This document shows positions 33,899 through 42,788 of a stretch of 64,000 bases of DNA, piece by piece. The notes beneath the pieces were generated by a model. It was given only the letters and a program-made list of their open reading frames with translations, did not search any database and had not been told where the DNA came from. Every line of letters begins with the position of its first letter. The stretch's first letter is position 1. The translations under genes and the position numbers were made by a program. Source of the stretch: an uncultured Nitrososphaerota archaeon (GTDB lineage Archaea > Thermoproteota > Nitrososphaeria > Conexivisphaerales > DTJL01); the NCBI GenBank assembly GCA_963842885.1, contig CAWJIE010000005.1:128001-192000 (forward strand), given 5' to 3'.

Positions 33899-34438
33899 CT
33901 AAGGGCACATGTTTGTCCAAGGATATGGCGGAGTGATACAGAACTTCGAGCTGTTCGAGCTGCTAATCTCGAGGGTATGCGGGACATTGTTAATGTACAA
34001 TGTCACAACGTAGACCGTATCGTTCCCACTGACGTAAGCCTTGGCTGTGAAGGTCGGGTTCTGCGTGCAAGGTAACCTGAAGGCGGCGCACACAGCCACG
34101 GCGCTATCTCCGGTCAATGTCACATTTGTGTAGCTGCCCGTCGGTGCAGGGAACGGGAATCCGCCCGTCAAATTCAGGACCTGCCATTGAAGACTCGTCA
34201 CCAGCTGCTGCACCGATGATAGGTTCCCCTGGTCGGAGGCAGCCTGTTGGCTCCAAACTGTCAGCTCTGTCTGCACCTGTTTCAGCTCGGACTGAAGGGC
34301 ACTGACGTCCGCCTTTGAATTCTTCAATTCTGACTCGTCCTGCAATAACAGGACTGCGAACGACGACGACACCAAAAGGAGGGCGACCAGGCAGACCACC
34401 ATGGCTGCCTCCTTCTTCCCCATCCCAACGCGTGGCAT
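33899..34438 (-). CDS. membrane-anchored coiled-coil protein with Cys-containing C-domain
   Basis: N-terminal TM helix, Q/S/L heptads, four Cys in the C-terminal domain. Confidence 0.75.
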   Translation of the reverse strand: MPRVGMGKKEAAMVVCLVALLLVSSSFAVLLLQDESELKNSKADVSALQSELKQVQTELTVWSQQAASDQGNLSSVQQLVTSLQWQVLNLTGGFPFPAPTGSYTNVTLTGDSAVAVCAAFRLPCTQNPTFTAKAYVSGNDTVYVVTLYINNVPHTLEISSSNSSKFCITPPYPWTNMCP

Positions 34439-34578
34439 CGCTCTATCGCCTCAAGCAGAACAAACAGCGTCCGTCCTATTTGATTGTAACTACAGCCCAC
34501 GTAAGCTTGGACCTGCGAAAAATGGGCCCCACCCTTGCCGACCAACTTGGAAGTCCTCATCATGATCCAAGCCGACGG

Positions 34579-35208
34579 CTAAGGTGAGACTTGGAAGTAT
34601 CCGATTGCTTCGTCTCCCCACGCGTCGAAGACGAGAACTGAATACTCTCCAGCTGGGAATCTCTGGAATGTGTAACTCTGCCGAAAGCCGACCCAGTAAC
34701 CCGAAACAACCGACGTTTCATTGACAAGCCGAGATTCGTTCTGTTGATAGCCACCGAGAGTTGCTTGTATCGTTGCCATCGCGCCGTTTGGTGAAAAAGT
34801 ATACTGAAATGTGAACAGTGCTGGGCAGAAGTAACGCAACGATGGGTTATAGAGCAAGAGTTCAGCAGCTTGTGATAGATTGCTGAGCGAGTAATGTCCC
34901 ATGTAGACTCTCACCCCCGTGGCAAAATCCTGCTGGCAGGGCCCGTAGGCAGGATTGTCGATGGAAGTTGAATTCACTTGAAGGTATGTTGATAGCGTAT
35001 TGTTGACCTCAGCGATGACGCTGACGTTCTGTTCCTCTGGCTCAATCGTAGCTGTCAGCTCCAGCCCGTCGTGTACGGGAGAATGAGCCACCATCGGTGT
35101 CGAGGCATTCTCAAGGAGATGATGCTCTTGACTCAGCAGTCCAAAAGCCAAGGCAGACGCCGCTACTAGCACACATAAGCCAATAACTAGCGTCCAGTTC
35201 TTCACCAT
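34579..35208 (-). CDS. secreted/membrane-anchored hypothetical protein
   Basis: N-terminal hydrophobic helix; beta-rich C-term FPAGEYSVLVFDAWG. Confidence 0.75.
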   Translation of the reverse strand: MVKNWTLVIGLCVLVAASALAFGLLSQEHHLLENASTPMVAHSPVHDGLELTATIEPEEQNVSVIAEVNNTLSTYLQVNSTSIDNPAYGPCQQDFATGVRVYMGHYSLSNLSQAAELLLYNPSLRYFCPALFTFQYTFSPNGAMATIQATLGGYQQNESRLVNETSVVSGYWVGFRQSYTFQRFPAGEYSVLVFDAWGDEAIGYFQVSP

Positions 35209-35364
35209 CCTGACCCCAATCTGTACTACCTAGGCCTCCTCTTAGTTCTACCATCAGGAACAGTCACTCGGGTATCTGTTGCTGCTGGAGGGAATTGTTA
35301 TGTCCTCAAGACTACCGTGGACGAAACACAACTCACGAGGTTCGGAACTGGTAAATGGAATCCC

Positions 35365-35655
35365 ATGTCAAGACCCCAAGAAGAGGTGGTAAGTCAAAGA
35401 GTCGGTAACGGCGACGTTGTGGTCCTCCCCTGGGCAATCCACGGCAAGGTCCTAGCCAAGGAGTACACTTTCAAGGACTTCCACGACGGCCTTGAATTCG
35501 TCAAGAAAGTGGCCGTAATCGCCGACAAGCAGGACCATCATCCTGACGTGCTGCTGTCCTATGGCAGCGTGGTCCTCGAGCTGACGACTCATTCCAAGGG
35601 AAGGCTGACCGACAAGGACTTCAAGCTGGCTGCCGTTATCGACAGGCTGTCCTAG
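35365..35655 (+). CDS. pterin-4-alpha-carbinolamine dehydratase
   Basis: FKDF, DHHPD, LTTH...LTDKD. Confidence 0.92.
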   Translation: MSRPQEEVVSQRVGNGDVVVLPWAIHGKVLAKEYTFKDFHDGLEFVKKVAVIADKQDHHPDVLLSYGSVVLELTTHSKGRLTDKDFKLAAVIDRLS

Positions 35656-35796
35656 AGGAAGAATCCCTGCCCAGGGCACCGTGGATGATAGTTTACCCTT
35701 GGTTCGGTCCCCGTAGCTATCGGACCTGCGTAGGGCGAGACACCGATGCGAAAGATGCGTCTCGAATAAATACATCGCCCAGAGGACTCTCTAGCA

Positions 35797-36402
35797 ATGA
35801 CAAAGAGATACACTCTTCCGGATCTTCCGTACAAGTACGACTCGCTTGAACCGTACATCTCGCAGGAGATCATGAAGCTTCATCACGACAAGCACCATCT
35901 TGCCTACGTCAATGGCGCCAACGCTGCTCTCGACAAGCTTGAGCTAGGTAGAAAGAACAACTGGCAAGGGGTTGACCTGAAGGCGGTCGAAAGGGATCTG
36001 AGCTTCAATCTCGCGGGTCACGTGCTCCACTCCATCTTCTGGACGAACATGAAGCCGAACGGTGGGGGGAAGCCTGGCGGGAAGCTGGCCGACCTGATCA
36101 ACGAGGACTTCGGGTCCTTCGATGCCTTCAAGGCCCAGCTGGCGGCTGCCTCCAAGAGCGTCGAAGGCTCCGGATGGGGCCTTCTGATCTACGACCCTAC
36201 GAGCGACCAGCTGCTGACTATGCAGTCAGAGAAGCATAACCTGCAGGTGACCCAGACGTCGATTCCACTGTTGGTCTGCGATGTATGGGAACATGCGTAC
36301 TACCTCCAGTACAAGAACGATCGTGGCGCCTACGTGGACGCGTTCTGGAACGTAATAAACTGGGAAGACGTTGACAATAGGCTGACAAAAGGCAAGTCCT
36401 AA
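35797..36402 (+). CDS. sod: Fe/Mn superoxide dismutase
   Basis: LHHDKHH, GSGWG, DVWEHAYY. Confidence 0.97.
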   Translation: MTKRYTLPDLPYKYDSLEPYISQEIMKLHHDKHHLAYVNGANAALDKLELGRKNNWQGVDLKAVERDLSFNLAGHVLHSIFWTNMKPNGGGKPGGKLADLINEDFGSFDAFKAQLAAASKSVEGSGWGLLIYDPTSDQLLTMQSEKHNLQVTQTSIPLLVCDVWEHAYYLQYKNDRGAYVDAFWNVINWEDVDNRLTKGKS

Positions 36403-36434
36403 ACACGCCATAGCGCCTCGTCTACGCTTCGCAC

Positions 36435-36461
36435 GACCCGTTCCGCTGTCGGGTTTTCTTT
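36435..36461 (+). terminator. hairpin plus T-tract after sod
   Basis: GACCCG-loop-CGGGTT followed by TTCTTT. Confidence 0.45.
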
Positions 36462-36533
36462 ATCTCTGTTCGTCGTAGCATTGGGCAGGCTGGTTGGAAC
36501 CGTGCAAGATAGAGGTGTTCGCAATGCAACGCC

Positions 36534-37088
36534 TCAAGGCCAAGTGACAGTGCTAGGGTAGCTGTTGCCGGCGGCTGTGACCACGGTAAAGGCGTATGTG
36601 ACCCCTGACGTCGGGTTGCCAAGGTTCGCGGCGGCTATGCTCAGGGTCCCGGTGGTCCCGGACGCGAGGTTGAAGCTGTTGCCACTGGTGGTGAAAGGCC
36701 CGCCCGGAGTTATGGTTGAACTCGCCACGGGCGAACCGTTGAACACGACCTGCGTCACAGTGATCTGAGAGGCTCCCATGTTGCCGATGGAGATGATGAG
36801 GCTATCATTCTTCACGTAGGAGTTCAGGACCACCCTTTCGACCCCCGGGCTGGAGCCAGGAACTTGACCCCCCAACGAGGACAGGGCTGTCTGAAGTGAC
36901 GTCATCTGGACCTGGAGCTGGGAGTCCTGCGCCTGCAGCTGAGTGACCTCGGTCTGCAGCGCGCTGACGGTGGAGTTGAGATTAGCGTTCTGGGTCTGGA
37001 GCGACTGGTCCTCCAGGTAGAAGAACGCAGCGGCGATAGCTATGACGGCTATGAGGGCGACCAGCAGGGTGCGTGTCCATGAAGCCAT
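36534..37088 (-). CDS. membrane-anchored coiled-coil protein with pilin/archaellin-like beta domain
   Basis: TM helix, heptad stalk, then ISIGNMG...VVFNG...GVTYAFTVVTAAGN. Confidence 0.75.
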   Translation of the reverse strand: MASWTRTLLVALIAVIAIAAAFFYLEDQSLQTQNANLNSTVSALQTEVTQLQAQDSQLQVQMTSLQTALSSLGGQVPGSSPGVERVVLNSYVKNDSLIISIGNMGASQITVTQVVFNGSPVASSTITPGGPFTTSGNSFNLASGTTGTLSIAAANLGNPTSGVTYAFTVVTAAGNSYPSTVTWP

Positions 37089-37359
37089 GATTCAGGGTGA
37101 GGATTGCGCTCGCTTTTAGGGGTTGCTGCGCCGCGTCGGTTTCTTGAAAGCTCAGGAAGAAGCGTAAATATTTCCTCTCATCTCGGGGCGCTATCAGATT
37201 CCCCCCTCCAGGTACTCTCGCAGCCTGCATCCCGATTACCCGAGTCTGCCGGCCGGGCGGACTGCCTCAAGATCACCGAGACCTGCGGAAGGACGAAATG
37301 TGGAAGCTGGCACGCGGTTCTCAGTCTCATATAGCCAGCAGCCCTGAGACGTAGCAGCA

Positions 37360-37857
37360 ATGAAAGCGGCAGTCCTTTTCGACACTCTGTTCGGCAACAC
37401 GGAGAAGATAGCTAACTCTCTTGCCAGGGGTCTGCGGGAGAAAGGCATCGAAACCGACTGCGTCAACATCAACGCTGTGAAGATCGAGGACCTCCCTGGG
37501 TATGACCTCCTGGCTTTTGGAGCCCCCACGCGCGCCTTCACCGTCGCTAAGCCCATGAGGGACTTCCTCTCCAGGTTGGAGTCTACGAATCTCGGCGGCA
37601 AGCTTGGCTACGCCTTCGACACGAGGATCGACAACCGTCTTTCCGGAAGCGCGGCAAAGTACATCGAAAAGAAGCTGGAAGCGATGGGCGTCAGGATGGT
37701 CAGGCCGCGCTCATCGGCGTTCATCGAGGGAAAAGGGCCCGCGGACAGCCCAGGTGGAACATCTCTCAGACAGGGGATGGAGGAGAGCTTCGAGGCCATC
37801 GGTCGCGAAATTGGTGACGCGTTCAAGAGTGGGGCTTCTGCTCACGGGCCTCCCTGA
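37360..37857 (+). CDS. flavodoxin
   Basis: DTLFGNTEKIA, FGAPT, AFDTR. Confidence 0.9.
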   Translation: MKAAVLFDTLFGNTEKIANSLARGLREKGIETDCVNINAVKIEDLPGYDLLAFGAPTRAFTVAKPMRDFLSRLESTNLGGKLGYAFDTRIDNRLSGSAAKYIEKKLEAMGVRMVRPRSSAFIEGKGPADSPGGTSLRQGMEESFEAIGREIGDAFKSGASAHGPP

Positions 37858-37881
37858 CCGGAGGCTCCTCTCCACACGGCA

Positions 37882-38841
37882 TTACGATTCTGTTGGTTTT
37901 GACTTGGCGTGCCTTCCGCGCAGCCCCAAGGACAGCAGCGCCGAGAAGGCGATTACTGTCAGAACTACGGCTATCGAGTCCAAAGTGGGTATCACAAAGC
38001 CAAACTCACCGGCTATCATCTTGATCCCGAAGAAGACCAAGACCACAGCGAGCCCCTTGCTAAGGTACTCAAGCTTATACATGAACATCGCCAGCGCCGT
38101 GTAGAGGCTCCTCAGGCCGAGTATCGCCGAAATGTTCGAGGTGTAGGCGATGAAGAAGTTCAGAGTTATGGCGATGACCGCCGGCAGGGAGTCAAGGGCG
38201 AACACGATGTCTGTGGTCTCAATCGCCAGGAGGGCGAGCACCAAGGGTGTCAGATACCTCCTTCCGTTGTCTTGAGCGATGAACTTCGAGCCGTAGAAAC
38301 GGTCACTGAAAGGAGCGAACCTTCTAGCAAACCTGACCACGGGATTGCGACCGGGGTCCACCTCCCCCATTCCGCTCCGCGCAAGCCTATAACCCGAGAA
38401 GATCAGGATGGCACCAAAGACCGCTATCATCCAGTCGAACCTTGCTATGAGCTCCAGGCCCGACGCGATAAAGACACCGCGCAGGATCATCGCGGAAACG
38501 ATGCCGACGTAAAGCGTTTTGTTCTGATAGGCTAACGGAACGGCGAAATAGGCGAAGATCACCGCGAAGACGAATAGGTTGTCGAAGCTCAGGGAGTACT
38601 CGACGAGATAGGCCGTGAAGTAAAGCAGAGAAGCGCTTCCGCCGAAGAAGAGACCTATCAGGGCACCCATCACGACCGCGACGGCCACCCAGACGAGGAC
38701 CCAAGATATGGCACTCTTGACAGTCGGATTGTTGCCTTTCCGGTGGAACATGAGGTCGATGCCTATGAACGCGACCACCACCACGTGATAGAGAACCCAA
38801 ACCCAGAGAGGTATTGGGGGAAATAGGACGGGGGAAGGCAA
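37882..38841 (-). CDS. TerC/Alx family metal-homeostasis membrane protein
   Basis: EYSLSFDNLFVF, IETTDIVFALDSLPA, ILGLRSLY; probable TTG start 38841. Confidence 0.93.
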   Translation of the reverse strand: MPSPVLFPPIPLWVWVLYHVVVVAFIGIDLMFHRKGNNPTVKSAISWVLVWVAVAVVMGALIGLFFGGSASLLYFTAYLVEYSLSFDNLFVFAVIFAYFAVPLAYQNKTLYVGIVSAMILRGVFIASGLELIARFDWMIAVFGAILIFSGYRLARSGMGEVDPGRNPVVRFARRFAPFSDRFYGSKFIAQDNGRRYLTPLVLALLAIETTDIVFALDSLPAVIAITLNFFIAYTSNISAILGLRSLYTALAMFMYKLEYLSKGLAVVLVFFGIKMIAGEFGFVIPTLDSIAVVLTVIAFSALLSLGLRGRHAKSKPTES

Positions 38842-39133
38842 GCTGGCGATTCTGGTTCCCTGCATCATTTTAAACATGCTCAGCCGGGAACCCAGTTTCA
38901 CGGAGGCGCAACATAGTGCGAAATCTCCGAGAGAGCATCAAGAGCGCGCGGGAATCCCGCAGCAAGGCCTGTAGCTGCAGGCTGAATCACAAAATATGGA
39001 ACGCGAGAGTGGACGTAGCCTACCCCTACGAAAAGATTGCCATGGATATCTGCTGCTGGACAAGATTAGTATATCTTGAATCCTCGTTGGTGTTGATCAA
39101 GCGTGGAGTGAGTTCCAGTAATCCGGCGAGATG

Positions 39134-40636
39134 TCAGGCATCGAAGTACAGGTAGAATTCGTACGGATGGGGCCTGATGCTTATCGCCCTGTGGTCCTTC
39201 AGCTCCCTCTCGACGATGTCGTCCAGCACCTCCTTGGGGAAGATGGGCCTCAGGTACTCGGAATCGCTGAGCATGGCCTCCGTCGCCTCTACGAGGCTTC
39301 CCGGCAGCTGCTTGATGCCGAGCTCCCTGCGCTTCTCGGGCGAGAGATCGTAGATGTTCCCGTCGACCGGATCACCGCAGTCGAGCTTCTTCGTTATGCC
39401 GTCCAGACCCGCCGTCAGTATGGCCGACTCGGCGAGATAGGCGTTGCAGCTGGAGTCGGGCGTCCTGAACTCGACCCTCTTGGACTTCGGGTCCTTCGTA
39501 GTGTATGTGGGTATCCTGACGTTGGCGCTCCTGTTGCTCCTGCTCCACGCGATGTAGACCGGGGCTTCATAGCCCGGAACTAACCTGTGATAGGAGTTGG
39601 TCGTGGGGTTCGTGATGGCCGTGAGGCTCCTGCTGTGATTCAGGAGGCCCCCCATGAAGTAGCGGGCGGTCTGGCTTACTTCCGCATAGCTATCCGACTC
39701 GTCGTAGAAGGTGTTCTCGTCGCCGGCCTCTGAAGGTTGTGCAGCATCGCCCGCGGCGCCGTCGGCCTTTCTCCAAAGGCTCACGTGCACGTGCATGCCT
39801 GATCCGTTGTCCATGGCGATGGGCTTCGGCATGGCGGTGACTATCTTCCCTCGGCTCGCCGCGACGTTCTTCGCGACGTATTTGACAGTCGAGATGCCGT
39901 CGGCCATTGCCGTCAGCGTATCTCGCCTGACGTTGAACTCGACCTGGCCAGCCGTGGCGACCTCATGATGGTGCGCCTCGACGGGCACGTGGAAGTCGTG
40001 CGCAAGGTAGAGGCTCGTCTCATTCCTGAACTCCTGGAGTGTGTCCTGTGGGGAGGTCGGGTGATATCCTTCCTTGAAGCGGATGGGATAGCCATCGCCC
40101 TGGTTCCAAGCGGCCTCCTTCGACTCTATGGTGTAGGATTGTCCCCTATACGGGTCAAGGACGTCCCAAGTGACCCTGTCCAGCACGAACACCTCAAGCT
40201 CAGGACCCCAGAGGCCATAGCTGAAACCTCTGTCCTGGATGTACTTCTCGGCGGCCTGCGCGATGGCGCGCGGGTCCTTGGAGTACCTCCCGCGACGACG
40301 GTTCATGTACACGTCTCCGATCATCCTGGCCATCTTCTGCTCCGGCGGCGACCAGGGGATGACGGCGAAGGTGTCCGTGTCGGGCTTCAGCATCATGTCC
40401 GAGTCTCCAATTCCGGTGTAACCCCTGATGCTAGACCCGTCAATCTTTGGGTACCCTTCCTCGAGGTTCTCTTCTGTTATGTGGTACGACGGCACCGTGA
40501 TGTGGTTGATCCTCCCAGGGAGGTCAATGAACTGTAGGTCCATGAACTGGATTCCTTCCTTCTTGATTTCCTCGACGACCTCGGAGGCGCCCATCTTGAA
40601 CGGAACGAACTTGTTTCCATCTATCTTGAATGGCAT
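39134..40636 (-). CDS. glnA: glutamine synthetase type I
   Basis: DGSSI, HHHEVA, PKPIAMDNGSGMH, RLVPGYEAP, EFRTPD. Confidence 0.97.
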   Translation of the reverse strand: MPFKIDGNKFVPFKMGASEVVEEIKKEGIQFMDLQFIDLPGRINHITVPSYHITEENLEEGYPKIDGSSIRGYTGIGDSDMMLKPDTDTFAVIPWSPPEQKMARMIGDVYMNRRRGRYSKDPRAIAQAAEKYIQDRGFSYGLWGPELEVFVLDRVTWDVLDPYRGQSYTIESKEAAWNQGDGYPIRFKEGYHPTSPQDTLQEFRNETSLYLAHDFHVPVEAHHHEVATAGQVEFNVRRDTLTAMADGISTVKYVAKNVAASRGKIVTAMPKPIAMDNGSGMHVHVSLWRKADGAAGDAAQPSEAGDENTFYDESDSYAEVSQTARYFMGGLLNHSRSLTAITNPTTNSYHRLVPGYEAPVYIAWSRSNRSANVRIPTYTTKDPKSKRVEFRTPDSSCNAYLAESAILTAGLDGITKKLDCGDPVDGNIYDLSPEKRRELGIKQLPGSLVEATEAMLSDSEYLRPIFPKEVLDDIVERELKDHRAISIRPHPYEFYLYFDA

Positions 40637-40818
40637 GTTCTAATCGACCTGTTTCTTGAATAGCGCCACTTTGTCCTAGTCAGTTATAAAGATATTTGGA
40701 CTTCTGCTGGACGTATGACCAACAATGGCATGATTCGCCAGACGGATGTCCAACGATGCGGCATCGGTCGATAGGCATGCTGAATGCCTGTCCAATCCTT
40801 CGCCGGGAGCCTGCGCCG

Positions 40819-41274
40819 TCAGAAGAGGCGGAAGTCCTCCTTGATCGTGGTGAGCACGACATGGGTGTTGGTCCTTTCGGCATAGGGAAGAGAGAGCAGC
40901 TTCTTTGTAAAACCGCTCAGGTCCTCCCTGGACTTGAACTTGGCGATTATGAACATGTCGGTGAGGCCGGTGGCGTCGTAGACGGCGCAGACCATGGGCC
41001 ACATCGCTATCTCCTTCTCCGTCTCGAGGAGTTTGCCCTTCGAGACAGTCATCTCCGTGACGACCGTCAAGGAGTATCCGAGCTTCTCTTGGTCGAACAC
41101 CGCCGAGTACCCCTTGATGATGCCCACCTTCTCCAACCTCTTCGTCCTTGAAAGCACCGTCCCCACGGCGACGTTGAGCTTCTCGGCCACCTTCCTGTAG
41201 CTCATGCGTGCGTCGCGGAGGTACTCCCCCATTATCCGCATGTCCAAATCATCGACGTCCAGCTGCGTGTTCAT
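40819..41274 (-). CDS. Lrp/AsnC transcriptional regulator
   Basis: DARMSYRKVA HTH, RLEKVGIIKGY, RAM domain TG.D. Confidence 0.93.
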   Translation of the reverse strand: MNTQLDVDDLDMRIMGEYLRDARMSYRKVAEKLNVAVGTVLSRTKRLEKVGIIKGYSAVFDQEKLGYSLTVVTEMTVSKGKLLETEKEIAMWPMVCAVYDATGLTDMFIIAKFKSREDLSGFTKKLLSLPYAERTNTHVVLTTIKEDFRLF

Positions 41275-41439
41275 GCATCGAATCGCCACCTGCATGGGTA
41301 TTTATCCATTCCATGGTGTTGCCTCCATCTCGATTTGCGACGCCTGCTTCCGGGAGTCGCAGCCGAGCCGGAGGACGACGCGGTCGGGACAGAAGCTTTA
41401 GATAGCTCAGGCTGAGAAGGCAAAAAAAGGTAAGATTGA

Positions 41440-42378
41440 TTGAGCGAAGAGCACCCGTATGACAAGGCTGTCATTGAAGCCGTGAACAGGGTCCTCCCGA
41501 GCGTCGTCACCATCTCCACTGTACAGGTGGTCGAGGAGCTCTTCAGGGCTCACCCCGTCCAAGGGATGGGGAGCGGCGTCGTGGTCCACCCCGATGGCTT
41601 CATCGCCACCAACAACCACGTTGTAGCCAACAGCCATCACCTTACCATCATGACGACCGACGGCAGGAAGTTGGAGGCCAGGGTGGTGGGTGCAGACCCT
41701 TCCAGCGACGTGGCTGTGGTCAAGGTCGAGGACAAGAGCCTCCCCGTGGCCGAGATAGCGGACGCGGAGGAGCTGAAGATCGGGCAGACGGTGGTAGCCA
41801 TAGGGAATCCGTTCGGCTTCTTTCTGGGGGGTCCCACCGTCACGCGTGGCGTCGTCAGCGCCGCCCACAGGGACATCAGCCTGGAGGAGAACATCTTCGA
41901 GGACCTGATTCAGACGGACGCGGCCATAAACCCCGGCAACAGTGGCGGCCCTCTGATCGACCTCCACGGCCATGTGGTGGGGCTGAACACGGCAATGATA
42001 CCGTATGCGCAGGGGATCGGGTTCGCCATCCCTGCCACCATTGTGAAGAAGGCGGTGGACGACCTGATACTGTACGGAAAGGTCAATCGGACCTGGTTGG
42101 GGATCGCCGGGTTCACCGTGGACAAGAACGTCGCCGAGCACTACAGGCTGCCGGTTGAAGAAGGAGTCGCCGTGGCAGGGGTCACCAAGGGAGGGCCGGC
42201 GCAGCGTGCCGGCGTCAGCCCCGGCGACATCATAACGGGCCTCGACGCCAACCAGGTCAGGACGATAAAGGACCTCAGGAAGTACATCAGGTCTCGGAAG
42301 CCTGGAGACGAGCTCCTCATAGAGTTGCTCAGGAATTCAAAGAAGTATCAGGCAAGGGCCGTCCTTTCTCAGGAATAG
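41440..42378 (+). CDS. HtrA/DegP-type trypsin-like serine protease with PDZ domain
   Basis: TNNHVV, SDVAVV, QTDAAINPGNSGG; C-terminal PDZ. Confidence 0.94.
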   Translation: MSEEHPYDKAVIEAVNRVLPSVVTISTVQVVEELFRAHPVQGMGSGVVVHPDGFIATNNHVVANSHHLTIMTTDGRKLEARVVGADPSSDVAVVKVEDKSLPVAEIADAEELKIGQTVVAIGNPFGFFLGGPTVTRGVVSAAHRDISLEENIFEDLIQTDAAINPGNSGGPLIDLHGHVVGLNTAMIPYAQGIGFAIPATIVKKAVDDLILYGKVNRTWLGIAGFTVDKNVAEHYRLPVEEGVAVAGVTKGGPAQRAGVSPGDIITGLDANQVRTIKDLRKYIRSRKPGDELLIELLRNSKKYQARAVLSQE

Positions 42379-42445
42379 CTTCACTGGTGCGGACTAGGTG
42401 ACGGAATCACTTACGTAGAAACCTAGAGAGGTGAATTGCGATGGC

Positions 42446-42613
42446 CTAGGGGACGACCCAGTTCTGGCCCGCTCTGCGCTTGAGTTCGAAACGCTTCCTG
42501 TACTTTTCCCTTATGTTCCTCTTGGGGATGTGAGCCACTCTAACCCTTCCCTGAAGTTTCGGGGTCTGACTGCGGACTTTCCCTGCCTTGGTCAGCGACC
42601 CATGCGTTGGCAA
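42446..42613 (-). CDS. rps30e: 30S ribosomal protein S30e
   Basis: TTG-start 55-aa MPTHGSLTKAGKVRSQTPK..., absent from the ORF track. Confidence 0.95.
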   Translation of the reverse strand: MPTHGSLTKAGKVRSQTPKLQGRVRVAHIPKRNIREKYRKRFELKRRAGQNWVVP

Positions 42614-42788
42614 ATCCTTTCCCTCCTTTCCGATTTGCCTGAATCAGGCCACTATATAATTGTAACTCCGCTACGCAGAACACCCAGCCCCCGAGTGGGG
42701 CGCATTTCAGTCGTTGCGAGCGCCAAGAGCCAGTCTCACAAAGTTTTAAACGACAGCATAGCTACCATGGCAGGGGCTGGATGTATCA

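Noticed and set aside
37090-37359. FMN riboswitch upstream of flavodoxin
   Set aside because: Only short hairpins; conserved RFN sequence blocks not found
38841-39130. yybP-ykoY manganese riboswitch upstream of terC/alx
   Set aside because: A TATA box lies about 30 nt from the likely start, leaving no leader; no consensus motif seen
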